From Dictyostelium discoideum (lineage: Eukaryota): a DNA stretch of 64,000 nucleotides. The stretch lies in assembly GCA_000004695.1 (NCBI GenBank), contig CM000154.2:3968001-4032000 (forward strand), written 5' to 3'. The notes beneath the pieces are model-generated. The model made no database searches. It saw only the letters and a list, made by a program, of their open reading frames with translations, and had not been told where the DNA came from. Positions 43,706 to 55,700 of this stretch are shown here, piece by piece (position 1 is the first letter of the stretch; every line of letters starts with the position of its first letter). The translations under genes were made by a program, and so were the position numbers.

Positions 43706-44887
43706 TTATGAATTAATTTTTTGAATACTACTTGAATCGATATCAATATTAGAATTATTAATATTATCATTTTTTGGATATTTACCTTCAACACCCATTT
43801 TATACATTTCATAATTTTTTAATTTAATTTGATCATAATGATATGTAATACATTCATGTGCTTGAGTATCAAGCCAACCACCTTTATCTTTAATCAATAA
43901 TCTTGTAATAACTCTTGAACAAATTGCACCAACTATTGTAATCAAAACTGTAATATATGAACCAATGTCTGAAAGAATTCTAATTGCAAGTTCAAAATTT
44001 GATTCAGTTTTTTCTGTTATCACTGCAACATCATTAAAATAAATTGAATAAGATAAAGTAAATGCTCTTGCAACACTTTGTTTAATTTGCCTTGAGTTAC
44101 TAGTTGCAACAGAATTAATAAACACTTCTTTTTCATCACCAAATGTTTTTATTATTTTTTTTGATGTTCCCAATGTAAATTGTTGTGATGAATCTGAATA
44201 ATATTTATCATCTCCAAACCATACGGAAATTGGGAAAGATGGAACTCCAAGATCAAAATAACCAGCAACTACATTTATCTAAAAAATTTATTTTATAAAA
44301 TTTTCATTATTATTATTTTATTTATTATTATTTATTTTTTATTATTTTTAAAAATAAATATTTTACCTCTAAAAACTCTTTTTCTCCCAAAGCCATTTCA
44401 TCAGTTGAATAATAACCAACGAAATCTGGTGATATTAAAACAAAGGTGGAATTAATTGCATATGCACAATCAAGATCCCCAACTAGTAATTTATTATTAT
44501 TAACACAATTTACCAATTGCTCCATAACATAATTACCCTTTTCATCGTAATAATATCTATTAAAAATTACAGAATATAAAAAAAATAATGAAATTTCATA
44601 GGTATTAAAAATAACATAAAAATGAGGAGGCTATAAATTTATTAGTATTTTTTTTTTTTTTTTTTTTTAAAATAATAACAAAAAAATGATTTAAAACCCA
44701 CATTTATTTTTTCTTGATAATCTGCAGTTATTGAAACAACTCTATTTGTTATATTCCTTTCAATGATAAAGTAACAAATTACAGTAAAACTTAAAACCAA
44801 GAGAATATGTTCAAAAATTTTTATTCTATATTTTTTTAAGCTTACTTTATCATCATTTGGAATACCAAAAATTCTATTGAACACCAT
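43706..44887 (-). CDS. Hypothetical two-TM membrane protein, single-module member of a paralog family, 3 exons: complement(join(43706..44278,44367..44630,44702..44887)), ~340 aa
   Basis: N-terminal TM helix IFEHILLVLSFTVICYFII, then ERNITNRVVSITADYQEKIN with a donor at the position equivalent to the paralog's. The module ...NFELAIRILSDIGSYITVLITIVGAICSRVITRLLIKDKGGWLDTQAHECITYHYDQIKL aligns with both repeats of the gene at 45215..47500. Splice sites are weaker (GTGGGT and GTAAAA donors), so boundaries are approximate. Confidence 0.5.
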
Positions 44888-45214
44888 TTTATAATATTTT
44901 TATTTATAATTTTGATGTCTTAAAAATTTATTTTAAGTAAAAAAAAAAAAAAAAAAAAAAAAAATTAAATCAAAAAAAAAAAAAAAAAAAAGAAAAAAAA
45001 ATTAAAATATCTTTGTAAAGAGAGTATTCATAATTTTTTCAAGTTGATGAAAACTTAAAAAAAAAAAAAAAAAAAATTTTAAAATAAATTTACAAAGATA
45101 TTTTTAGAAGATCAATTTTGTTATTTTTTTTTTTTTGATTAACGCATTTTTAATTTTTTTTTTTTTTTTTTTTTTAATTTTTTTTTTTTTTATATAAACA
45201 AAATAAAAAATACA

Positions 45215-45434
45215 ATGGGTAGATTTCTTACAAATTATTATAATAAAGTTTTTAATTCACCTAAAAATTTCGACGATATATCTTCAAAAAAAACAAGAAA
45301 CTTTTTAATGTTGTTATGTTTTTTGGGTATAATTCTTTGGATTATTATTATTATTGTAGTAGTAAAAGATTCATTAAATAGATTAACTTTTATGACCAAT
45401 GAAATTGAAAATCAAATTATTGTAAAATTAATAA

Positions 45435-45478
<44 letters not shown>

Positions 45479-47500
45479 CCTAATATTTTATTTATTACAA
45501 ATAGATTCCAAATTTAATTTTTACATTTTATAAAAATGTTTCACAATATGCAATTAATTCTCCTTCAGGTGAAGTTATTCCAAGTAATATAGAATTTTCA
45601 AATGGTTATTTTTGCCAAATTCCAGAAAATTCCATAATTGAAAATTGTACTAATACGGATTTGTTAGCTATTGATAAACAATTTGATCCCATTAGAAATG
45701 AAATTTATGTAAAGAATTTTAATCTAACATTTGAAAAAGAATATTTTAATGTAAGTCATTAAAATCTAATATTTTAAAAAAAAAAAAAAAAAAAAATAAA
45801 TAAATAATAATAAAAATTATAAAATTTATATTTAGATTAATATTGGACAAGATTTAAAGAAATACAATGAATCATCGCCTTATGATACTTCTTTTACAAC
45901 ATTTGGAATGAATATTAATAGTTACAATTTCTTTTTGAATGGTCCAATCGATTTACAAGTAATGATAAAGAAAACAAAAAGAATTGATAGACATCAAGAA
46001 GAGACAATGAATTTTATTCCAAGTGTATTGGGTGCTGGAGAAAAAAGTAGCACATGTCCTGATTTCGGTGATAGAAGTAGAGGTTATCTTAATTGTTCAA
46101 CTGTATCGGTATCAATTGTTTATGAGTCTAATATTGTCCCAACTTATAGAGAAGAAACAAATATACAATTATTTAAAAGAATATTAAAAGATATATTTTC
46201 AATTGGTAAATTGATATTGACCTTGATGGGATTAATAATTATTTATTATCAAACAAAGTTTTTATTTAAAGATCAAACAGCTTGGTTTGATAATGATGTA
46301 AGAGATGCAGTTTTATTTCATTTCAATTACCATGAATTGGATCCAGCCGATGATGAGGAAAAACCACCAGGTTTCTTTGCAAGACAATTATCTAAAATAA
46401 AATCTTTTTTTTCTAAAATAATATCTGCAATCAAATATGTAGCCTGTTGTTGCTATCGTTGCCGTAGTAAACCAGTTCCAAAACCACCAAAAACCTTAAC
46501 AAGACAAGAAAAGATTGCAAAGGAAACCAAAGGATCAGGTTGTCCAATATTAAGATTGTTTCAAGGTATTCCAAATCAAGATAAGTATAGTGGTTCAATT
46601 AGTTTAATTAATTCGATAAAATGGCTTTTGTTGGCTATTGTTGTAATTATATATGGTGTTTTCATTGCTATTCAAGATTCTAATAATAGATTAATTATTT
46701 TAAAGTTGGATAATCTTGATAAATTAGAAATTCCTGCAATTCAATTTAACTATACTGGAGACAATTTCTGGTTAAAAAATTATCATGAATATTTACCATT
46801 TGGTCAAAGAAAGTTTTGTGGTATTAATAACACTGAACCAATTTATAATATCAAAAAATGTACATCCACCAATGGATTCCCAAATCAAACTCTAACTCTT
46901 AACGGTGATCATTTAACAAACTTGGAAATTAAAAATGATACAATACAATTAAAAGAAAATCAATACTATGGATTCATTATTGAATCATCTGTTGCACTTT
47001 GGGATTTTTTCCCATCATTTGAACATGTTCATATTACAATGAACATAAATGGTATAGAGTATTACTTAAGACCATTTTCAAATAATACAATTCATTTAGA
47101 GAAAAATGTCTATCATTATAGTAATGGTACTTCAATCACCTCTTATAATCCTAGAATTTTTCAAGCACAAGATGAAATTAATTATCTTGGTAAAAATGCA
47201 AATTATACTTATTATTATGGTAACACCACTGTAAACTTTTTCTATTCCTCATCAAGTATTAAACATACATTTATTGAAGGTAAAACTGATTTAAGATTCA
47301 GAATTGTTTCTGATATTCTTGCATTTTTGACCCCTGTCAAAATTTTCTTTACTAATTTCTTTACATACTTGGTCATTCGTTTCGCTAATAAATATTCAAC
47401 CGCCCATGTTGATTCATCAATAAGAGAAGCAATTCTTTACCATATGAGATATTATGAAAAATATTCAAAAAAATTTAAAAAAACTGGAAAAAGTGTTTAA
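45215..47500 (+). CDS. Hypothetical multi-TM membrane protein carrying two tandem copies of the module found in the divergent neighbour, 3 exons: join(45215..45421,45505..45750,45836..47500), ~705 aa
   Basis: N-terminal TM helix NFLMLLCFLGIILWIIIIIVVV, then KDSLNRLTFMTNEIENQII. Module copy 1 is ...IQLFKRILKDIFSIGKLILTLMGLIIIYYQTKFLFKDQTAWFDNDVRDAVLFHFNYHELD. Module copy 2 is ...DLRFRIVSDILAFLTPVKIFFTNFFTYLVIRFANKYSTAHVDSSIREAILYHMRYYEKYSKK. Exon 2 is placed by frame and phase only, so it is less certain. Confidence 0.5.
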
Positions 47501-47566
47501 ATAAAATAATAAAAAAACCACACACCAAATATAATAAAATAAAATATAAATAATTTTTTATTATTT

Positions 47567-48572
47567 TTAAAGAATTAATTCCATTTCAAATTGCGAAACC
47601 CAAAAATCTAAACCAATTCTTTTATTAAAGAAATTTTTTAAATTTTCATAACCTTCTTCAATATTTGAAGCATTGAAATTAATCGATTGGAATTCATTTG
47701 ACATTGTATAAAATAATTTAGTTGCTACATTTTTATTTCTAAATGTTGGTGTTACATAAACTTGTCTAATTCTTTGGCTTTGAGAATGGATTGATAAAAA
47801 CCCAATAATTTTATTTGTTTTATTATCTTTTGCAATCCAAATTTTATTAAATCCCATACTAAACTCTCTTTGAATCACTTGATTTGTGTTTGACCAAGAT
47901 GGGTTCATTCTTGGTTGTTGTTGTTGTGGATCATCATTTTCAATGAAATTAATAATATCTTCTGTTAAATTTTCAACTTTTTCAATTATAATATCATTTT
48001 CATTGTTACTATTTAAATATTTTAATAATGAATCTCTATTTAAATCACCTTTATATGAATGTAATTCTCTTGTAATTTTAAATCCACAATTTTCATAAAC
48101 TTTAATTGCACGTGGATTGGTTTGAATAACTTCTAATACTATACTTTTAATACCATTCTCTTTAAAGGTTGATTTCATTTGAGAAATGGATTTCTCAATT
48201 AATTTATTACCTCTTGCTGTTGGAATAACTCCTGTTGCTGAATTATATAATTTTGTTGGATTTTTAAAATTATCTGGTGCAAGTAAAACAAATCCTTCCA
48301 ATTTATTTTCATCATTCTCATTATATATACCTATAGAATGATCCATTGATATACCATCTCCTTGAATTTTTTGTGATAATGATTCTTCCGTTAAAACAAA
48401 TTTAATCACATAATCTGAAAATGAAAAATTAAATACATCTAAAAAAAAACATAACAATAAAATAAATATTTGGAAATTTTAATTTTATAAGAAAAAATTA
48501 ATTTAATTATTAATTAATACCTGTTAATTCTTTTAAATTAAAGTTTGGTCCAATTATTTTAATTGTTTTCAT
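47567..48572 (-). CDS. Tandem GNAT-domain N-acetyltransferase, 2 exons: complement(join(47567..48438,48521..48572))
   Basis: Acetyl-CoA binding motif A in GVIPTARGNKLIEKSISQMKSTFKENGIKSIVLEVIQTNPRAIKVYENCGFKI. A second GNAT fold is IGFLSIHSQSQRIRQVYVTPTFRNKNVATKLFYTMSNEF. A 52-nt first exon (MKTIKIIGPNFNLKELT) joins through a GTATTA donor and TTTTTAG acceptor in phase 1. Confidence 0.65.
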
Positions 48573-48902
48573 TGTTGAGTTTATATTAATATAAAATTGT
48601 TTAAAAAAAAAATAAAAAATAAAAAATAAAAAAAAAAAAAAAAATAAAAAACGAAAAAATCGTTGTTTTTTTGATTCTGAGAAAAAAAACATAAAAATTT
48701 AATTTTGGAAAAAGGAACATTGTTTGCATTGTAGTAAACAATTTTTATTTGAAAATTCATTTGACCCAACAGGAATTAAAAAAAAAAAAAAAACCAAAAT
48801 AATTTAGCATAATGGGTTTAACAAAAAATTAAAACAGTTTTTTTTTTTTGGATATTTAATCGGTTAAAATCCAAATCCCTTAAAAATTAATATGTACCAT
48901 GG

Positions 48903-48945
<43 letters not shown>

Positions 48946-49006
48946 CAAAACAATTAAAAAATATAAAAAAATGGTTTATTTCCCAATACCCATATAAATT
49001 ATTAAA

Positions 49007-49336
49007 ATGCCACAAGAGAAACTACTTGGTTTGATACCAAAAATTATTTTTAATGATAATTATGAATCAAAACTTATTATAAATGGATCTTCTTTAAAAA
49101 CAATGTCAAAAGAAGATATAAATGATTTGTTAATAAAATTAATTAAAATAAATGAAATTATGGATGAAATAATATTAACAATTAATAAAGATACAACAAA
49201 TCATTTTAATTTAATTCAAGAAAATAGAGAACAATTAGAAAATGTTACTAAAGAACTTTGGGTCATCAAAAATGACGAAAAAGAGAATCAACAAAACCCT
49301 TTTAAGAGATCATGGCTTGGTCGTGTTATTTTTTAA
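49007..49336 (+). CDS. Hypothetical small coiled-coil protein, 109 aa
   Basis: Clean ORF, single exon, predicted helical (LLIKLIKINEIMDEIILTINKD...ENREQLENVTKELWVIKNDEKENQ). No recognisable domain. Confidence 0.3.
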   Translation: MPQEKLLGLIPKIIFNDNYESKLIINGSSLKTMSKEDINDLLIKLIKINEIMDEIILTINKDTTNHFNLIQENREQLENVTKELWVIKNDEKENQQNPFKRSWLGRVIF

Positions 49337-49972
49337 AAAAATTAAAAGTAAAATATAATAATCATAATGCTTTCAATCATTTAAATAATAAAAAAATGAT
49401 TATTTTTTTAAATTTTTTTATCTTTTTTAAAGACCATTAATTCAAATTAAAATATAATAATTATGATTTTAATCATTTGAAATTAAAAAAATGGCCTAGT
49501 TCATTTTTATTTAAATTTTTTTTGAGATTTATTTTAATTTTCTTTATTAGCAATTAATTCTAATTGCTCGTGATATATAAAAAATAAACAAATTGAACTA
49601 TAAAAATTTTCAGTTTCTATATTTCCAATACAAAATGAAGAATTGAGTGGGAATTTTGAAAAGGTTTCAAAATAATCAATTTCAAAAATACGGAAATTGA
49701 TGTTTGACTTTTTATCCAAATTTGGACATTTTATTTCAAATAATTTATTATCGATCCTAAAAAAATATGACCCTTTGAGTTCTACTCTTTTTGAACTAGT
49801 TTGTTCTGATCTTGGATCGCAATACAAAAAATCATCTTTAATTGTAATTTAAATATAATTTCTACTATAAAACGCAGCCACTTTAATTTCATACGATACT
49901 TTTTCATGTCCAGTCATAATATAAGTAAACTATAAATTTATTATAATTTTAATATTTATTTTGTCATTGTTT

Positions 49973-50009
<37 letters not shown>

Positions 50010-51199
50010 GTTTTTTTTTTTTTTTTTACTATTATTTTTGATTAATATTTACAATTTATTTTTTTATTTAATAAAAGTAATGATTGAAAAAATTATTTTT
50101 TATTATTTTATATAGTTTCTAATGTTAATTTTCAATTTTTTGTTGACTGTTTTTGGAAACAGATTGTGGAGGTATAACTAAAATAGGCAATTTTTGGGAT
50201 AGTTAAAGATTATTACTATAAATCAATAAGATTTGAATTACTCTTATTATTTGATTTGAATTTGGTAAATTTATATTATCATTTTATTATGTTTTAAATT
50301 CAATTGCTAATATAACCCATTAGTATTCTTTAAATGCCCATCATTTATTTCAAATTGACCACCTTGTAATAATTTAAAATGTTCATATGATTCTTTGAAT
50401 TGTGTAATATAATGTTAAACCATCAGCACTGGTATATGAAAATAGATTCACACAATTTTTATTTAATTTTGGTCCTGTATGTTTTGATTTTAATTTCGAT
50501 TTTTGTGAAGTATTTTTTTTAACTTTTTTATAAACTCGAGTTGAGTAATTGGTTTAAATCAAACAATTGGACTCTATTTCTTTTTGATAATTTGATTGAT
50601 CTTCTTGTTACAATTTTATCCATGTTTTTCCTTTTTTTTTTTTTTTTTTTTTAATTAATTAATATTTATATCTTTAAATTATTTGTTTTTAATAGTGAAA
50701 AAAAAAAAAAAAAACAACATTTTTGCTTTTATAACAACAGCGCAAATAAAAATAAAAATAAAAATAAAAATAAAAAAAAAATATTTTTTGTCTTACTGTT
50801 ACAATCAAATTTCAATCGAGATTAATTTTTTAATATAAAATTAGTTTTTGTGGAAAAGAAATATTAATAAGAAAATAATTAAATAAATAATTATATAAAT
50901 AAATGATTAAATAAATAAATAAAAAAAGTTGAATATTTATATTTATTTATGTTTTTTTAATTTTGTTTATTCATTTATTTTTTTTTATTTATTTACCATA
51001 AAAAAGATAAAAAAAAATTTAAACAATAACACATAAAAATATAATGTTTTTTAATTACTCTAAAAAAAAAAAAAAAAAATCAAAAAAAATGAAATTAGAT
51101 ATTTTTTAGTGTTTTTTTTTTTTTTTTAAAGATTTTTTTTTTTGGTATCCGAGTCTTTTTTTTTAATTTTTTTTTTTTTTTTTTTAATTTTATTACACA

Positions 51200-52229
51200 A
51201 TGAAATCATTAGCATTATTGTTATCGTTATTAATCAATTTTTCTATTGGTAGTTATATAAATTTCATCCCATATGATAATTCAGATTGCACTGGAGCAAT
51301 CAACGGGGGAGGTTGGTCTATTTTGGAGTATGCTTGTTTTTCAATCGATGTCAGATACAATTACCAATTTACAACCCATACTTTAAATGGTGAAGGATTT
51401 GTTCAATGGGTAAGATATAAAATACTAATAATAAAAAAAAATAAAAAAAAAAAATAATTAATAAAAAAATAAAACTAATCTTGAAAAAAAAAAAAAAACA
51501 ATAAATAAAAAGACTCAATTCCCAAGAGTTGTAGGAAAAACACAATGTTTTTATCAAGACTTACCAATAAGTAATGCATCAATTGGATCATGTTATAAGA
51601 ATAACCCTCTATCAACATTTGATATCTTTCGTTCATTACCATCAAATCAATATTATTTAATTTCAGTTACAAGTGAACCATTTTACCCAACTAATCAAGC
51701 AGGTATGATTGTTTTACAATATATGGGTAATGGTGAATGTTCAAATGATAATGTAGAAATAATGCAATATTTTACAAATAACACTCAAAGTGAAGATGGT
51801 ATAACTGGTATTCAAATGAAATGGTATTGTAATGATGAAAATGAACCATATGAAACTCAATGTTTTAATGGAAAGAACTGTTTTGATATGCCACAACAAT
51901 ACAAATGTTCACCAACTCATCCATTCTTCAATACATCCGATGAAATTTCAGGTGGTACTGGTGCTGGTGATTATTCAGGTACTGGTTCAGGAAGTAGTAG
52001 TGGTAATAGTGGTACTAGCGATGGAGGTAGCAGTGGTTCTGGTTCTGGTTCTGGAAGTGGTGCATTTATCTCTATCATTGATCAAAATGATAAAAATAAT
52101 AACAAAAATAATAACAAAAACAAAAACAATAATAATAATAATAATAATTACAACCAATATGAAAAATCAACTGGAGATGGTGGTATAACTAAACCTCATG
52201 ATAATTATATATCCTCATTTTGTACTTGA
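51200..52229 (+). CDS. Secreted Cys-rich protein with Gly/Ser-rich linker and poly-N tail, 2 exons: join(51200..51409,51513..52229)
   Basis: Signal peptide MKSLALLLSLLINFSIGS. There are 12 Cys in paired spacing (CTGAINGGGW...YACFSID | ...QCFYQD...SCYKNN...GECSNDN...WYCNDENEPYETQCFNGKNCFDMPQQYKCSP), then GSGSSSGNSGTSDGGSSGSGSGSGSG. The GTAAGA donor and ...AAAG acceptor preserve phase. There is no C-terminal hydrophobic GPI signal. Confidence 0.55.
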
Positions 52230-52335
52230 TAAAATAAAAATATTTATTTTTCAAAAGATCATTAAAATTATTATTATTATTATTTTTTTTTTTAAACAAA
52301 TTTATTTTTGGAATTTATTTATTTATTTTTAAAAT

Positions 52336-52733
52336 TTATTTTTTCATATCACCAGTAGCAGCTTCTAAAAGGATAATTGTATCACCATCTTGATCATCAT
52401 TTCTAATTTGTTTTTTGTTTACAATTGGAACTTGGAAAGTATGGAAATAATCTAAACCCATATAGGTATCTGAATATAATTTAACATTATAGTTTGTAGA
52501 GGATTGGAATGGAGCTTTTGGAATTTTAAAGTTTGCAGTAACTGAATTTGAAATCATTTGTGGTACTCTCTTAAATCCAATCATTTGTTCTTTTTCATCT
52601 GTTAAAACCATAATCCAACCTTCATCTTTATCTTTACTATAAAGTGGTGCAAATGCATGACCATTTGAGAATTTCTTATTCTCTCTTGTAACTTTAATTT
52701 TAATATTAAATTCTTGACCTGAATAAACTATTG

Positions 52734-52764
<31 letters not shown>

Positions 52765-55700
52765 CTTTTTGTTATTATTATTATTATTTTCATTATTATT
52801 ATCATCATTATTATTACTATTATTATTTGTATTAATAAAATATTCAATTTTAACTTTTGGTAAATGATCAATAACATTTAAAGTTTCTTTAATTTGAGAA
52901 TCTGAAAGACCAATATTAGTTAAAGATAAATGAATTTTATCTCTTGGAATTTTTAACATATCAGAAAGATTTGAGATTTGTTCACCATTTGATAAGATTA
53001 AATTTGAAGAGAGGAAATCAGCAAAATCTTTGTTGATATGAGGTAAAGTCATTAATGAAGAATCATAATCCCAACGACCTTGAACCAACATTTGTAATAA
53101 TCTAATTACTTGGATGGCAGTAGCGAAATAACCATATTCAAAGGAGACATCAATCATAGCTTGAAGAATACGAATACCTTGATCCAAAGCAGACTTTGTA
53201 TCGGTGGTAAAATCTGTGATTGGTAATGGACATCTTTGGAAATGAGCTTGTAATAGCAAATGAACTTTGGTATGAGAATCTTCATAGTTTCCAATTTTAA
53301 TTGGAAGATTTTCATTCAACTCTTGATTTAGAATCTCTTCATTGTGTCTTACTGGGAATTCACTATATTCGGCAGCATCTGATAATACTCTTAGGAGGGT
53401 TTTAATATCACTATCACGTTTAATATTATCAGAGAAGTTTTGAACGGTTTTATAATTCAAATAGTAGAAAGAAGCGATTTTACCCATTGACATTGGTATG
53501 ATTTCATCGTATTCATTGATTTCAATACAACTTGATTGTTCGAGATCGGCCAATGTTGAATCCAAGAGATCAGAGAGATATTGATTTACAGCTTCGACAC
53601 TATTATCCTCGAGACCATAATAAGATGGTGATACAACCAAACGACGGAAAAAGAAAGTATTGACCAAATAATTGATTGCACCTTGTTTTGATTGAATTGT
53701 ACCTGAAACGATCTCGGCATTCAAATGGTCATGTAAAAAGTCTTTGAGATGGCTTTCAACTGGGAATGGATCGTAAAGGAATTTCTTATAGAATTGTTTC
53801 TTTGGTTCATGAACCATTACCATTGCTTTACCTTCTTTATCGAATTGTGGACGACCTGCACGACCAATCATTTGAAGTACATCAGTCAATGGGAAATCGA
53901 CATAACGTTTGGTTTTACCATCGAAATATTCGGTACCTTTAATGATAACTAAATGGGCGGGTAAATTGACACCCCAAGCCAAAGTACTTGTAGAGATTAG
54001 AATTTGAATTTTATTCTCACCAAAGAGTGATTCAACGATTGTACGATCACCATCATTTAAACCAGCATGATGCATACCTATACCAAATGAAAGTGTATGT
54101 CTAAGATGTTGATCTTTAACACGTGCCAATGTTGGTTCAATATCAAAACCCTTTTGAATCCATTGTAATGGATCATTATCAACCACCAAATAAGAGATTA
54201 AATCCAATGCGGTTAAACGAGTTTGACGACGACTGCTTACGAAAATTAAAACTGGTTTCTTTGGTGAATAGGTTGCGATAGCGGCAAATGAAGGTTTATT
54301 CATAGTTTGCATACGTGGACAATAGTTTTTACCTTGGAAACCTTGAATATGAACTTCAATTGGTACTGGACGACAAGATGGTCTAAAATTGAAAAGACCA
54401 ACTCTATCAATACCCATCCACTCTGAAAGATCAATTGCATTTGCCATGGCAGTTGATAAACCTACTACACGAATATTAACACCGGTTTGTTTAGAAATTA
54501 ATTTCATACGACTTACAATTACCTCTAAAATTGGACCACGTAACTCACCAATTAAATGAATTTCATCAATGATTAACAATGATACAGAGGTTACATAGGA
54601 ACGATTCTTCCAATTTCTACTAATACCATCCCATTTCTCTGGTGTTGTTGTAACGATATCAGCATTTTGTAATGCAATCATATTTGGAGTGTAATCACCA
54701 GTTAACTCTACCAATTTCTTACCAAGTTTCTCTTGAAATTTAACCTTCCAATCATTCATTCTTTCACGTACCAATGCCTTCAATGGTGCAATATAAACCA
54801 CTTTCATATGAGGTTCATCTCTAAATACTTTAAACATTGCTAATTCTGCACAAATGGTTTTACCTGAACCAGTTGGTGAACCTAATAAAACATTATTATT
54901 TGTATAATAAAGAGTATGAAAAACTTGAGTTTGAATTGGATTGAAATGAGAGAATTTGAATAATGATTCAAAATCTTTATTTTTCAATGCTTCCTTTGGT
55001 AATGGTTGTAAATCTAATAACTCTGTATTTACGACACGATCTTGTTGTGGTAAAACTAAATGTCTGAATGAAATCTCTCTAATACCTTCGGAACCTAACC
55101 AACGATCGGAAATATAATGTAAAAAGAATTGTGATGGCATTGGATTTGGTAATGGTATGATACAAGTCAAAGTGATTGGTTCAGTTTGATTATAGATCTT
55201 TTTAGTTAACATGAAATATTCACTATGGAAAATGTATTGACTTTCATTATCTTGTACCCAAATCCAAAATGGTTGACTATCACCATGCATCTTGTCATTC
55301 CAACTAAACATTGGTATCAATGTCATATTGATACGAATGATATTTGCAGTGATTGGTTGAACTTGAATTTCAAAATCCAATTGTGGGAATTGTTGTGCAA
55401 TCTTTCTAGTGGTTTTTGCAATCAATTGATTACCCAAAACAAATGACAACTCCCCAATCTCCATATCACAAATTCTTTCAGGTGTCCAATCTCTTTCTTC
55501 AATCTTTCTAATGGTATCAAGTGATAATACTTTTGCTTGACGTAATGGTGATTCGAAATGCCAAAGTTGATGATCAACCATCTTGCAAAGATCTAAAATG
55601 GTCTTACTAACTGTGCACCAACCTTTCTTTAAAGAGATTTCAAAAAGACCTCTTAAAATTCTAGAACTATTTTGAACGGTATAATTTGAATCACTAACTA

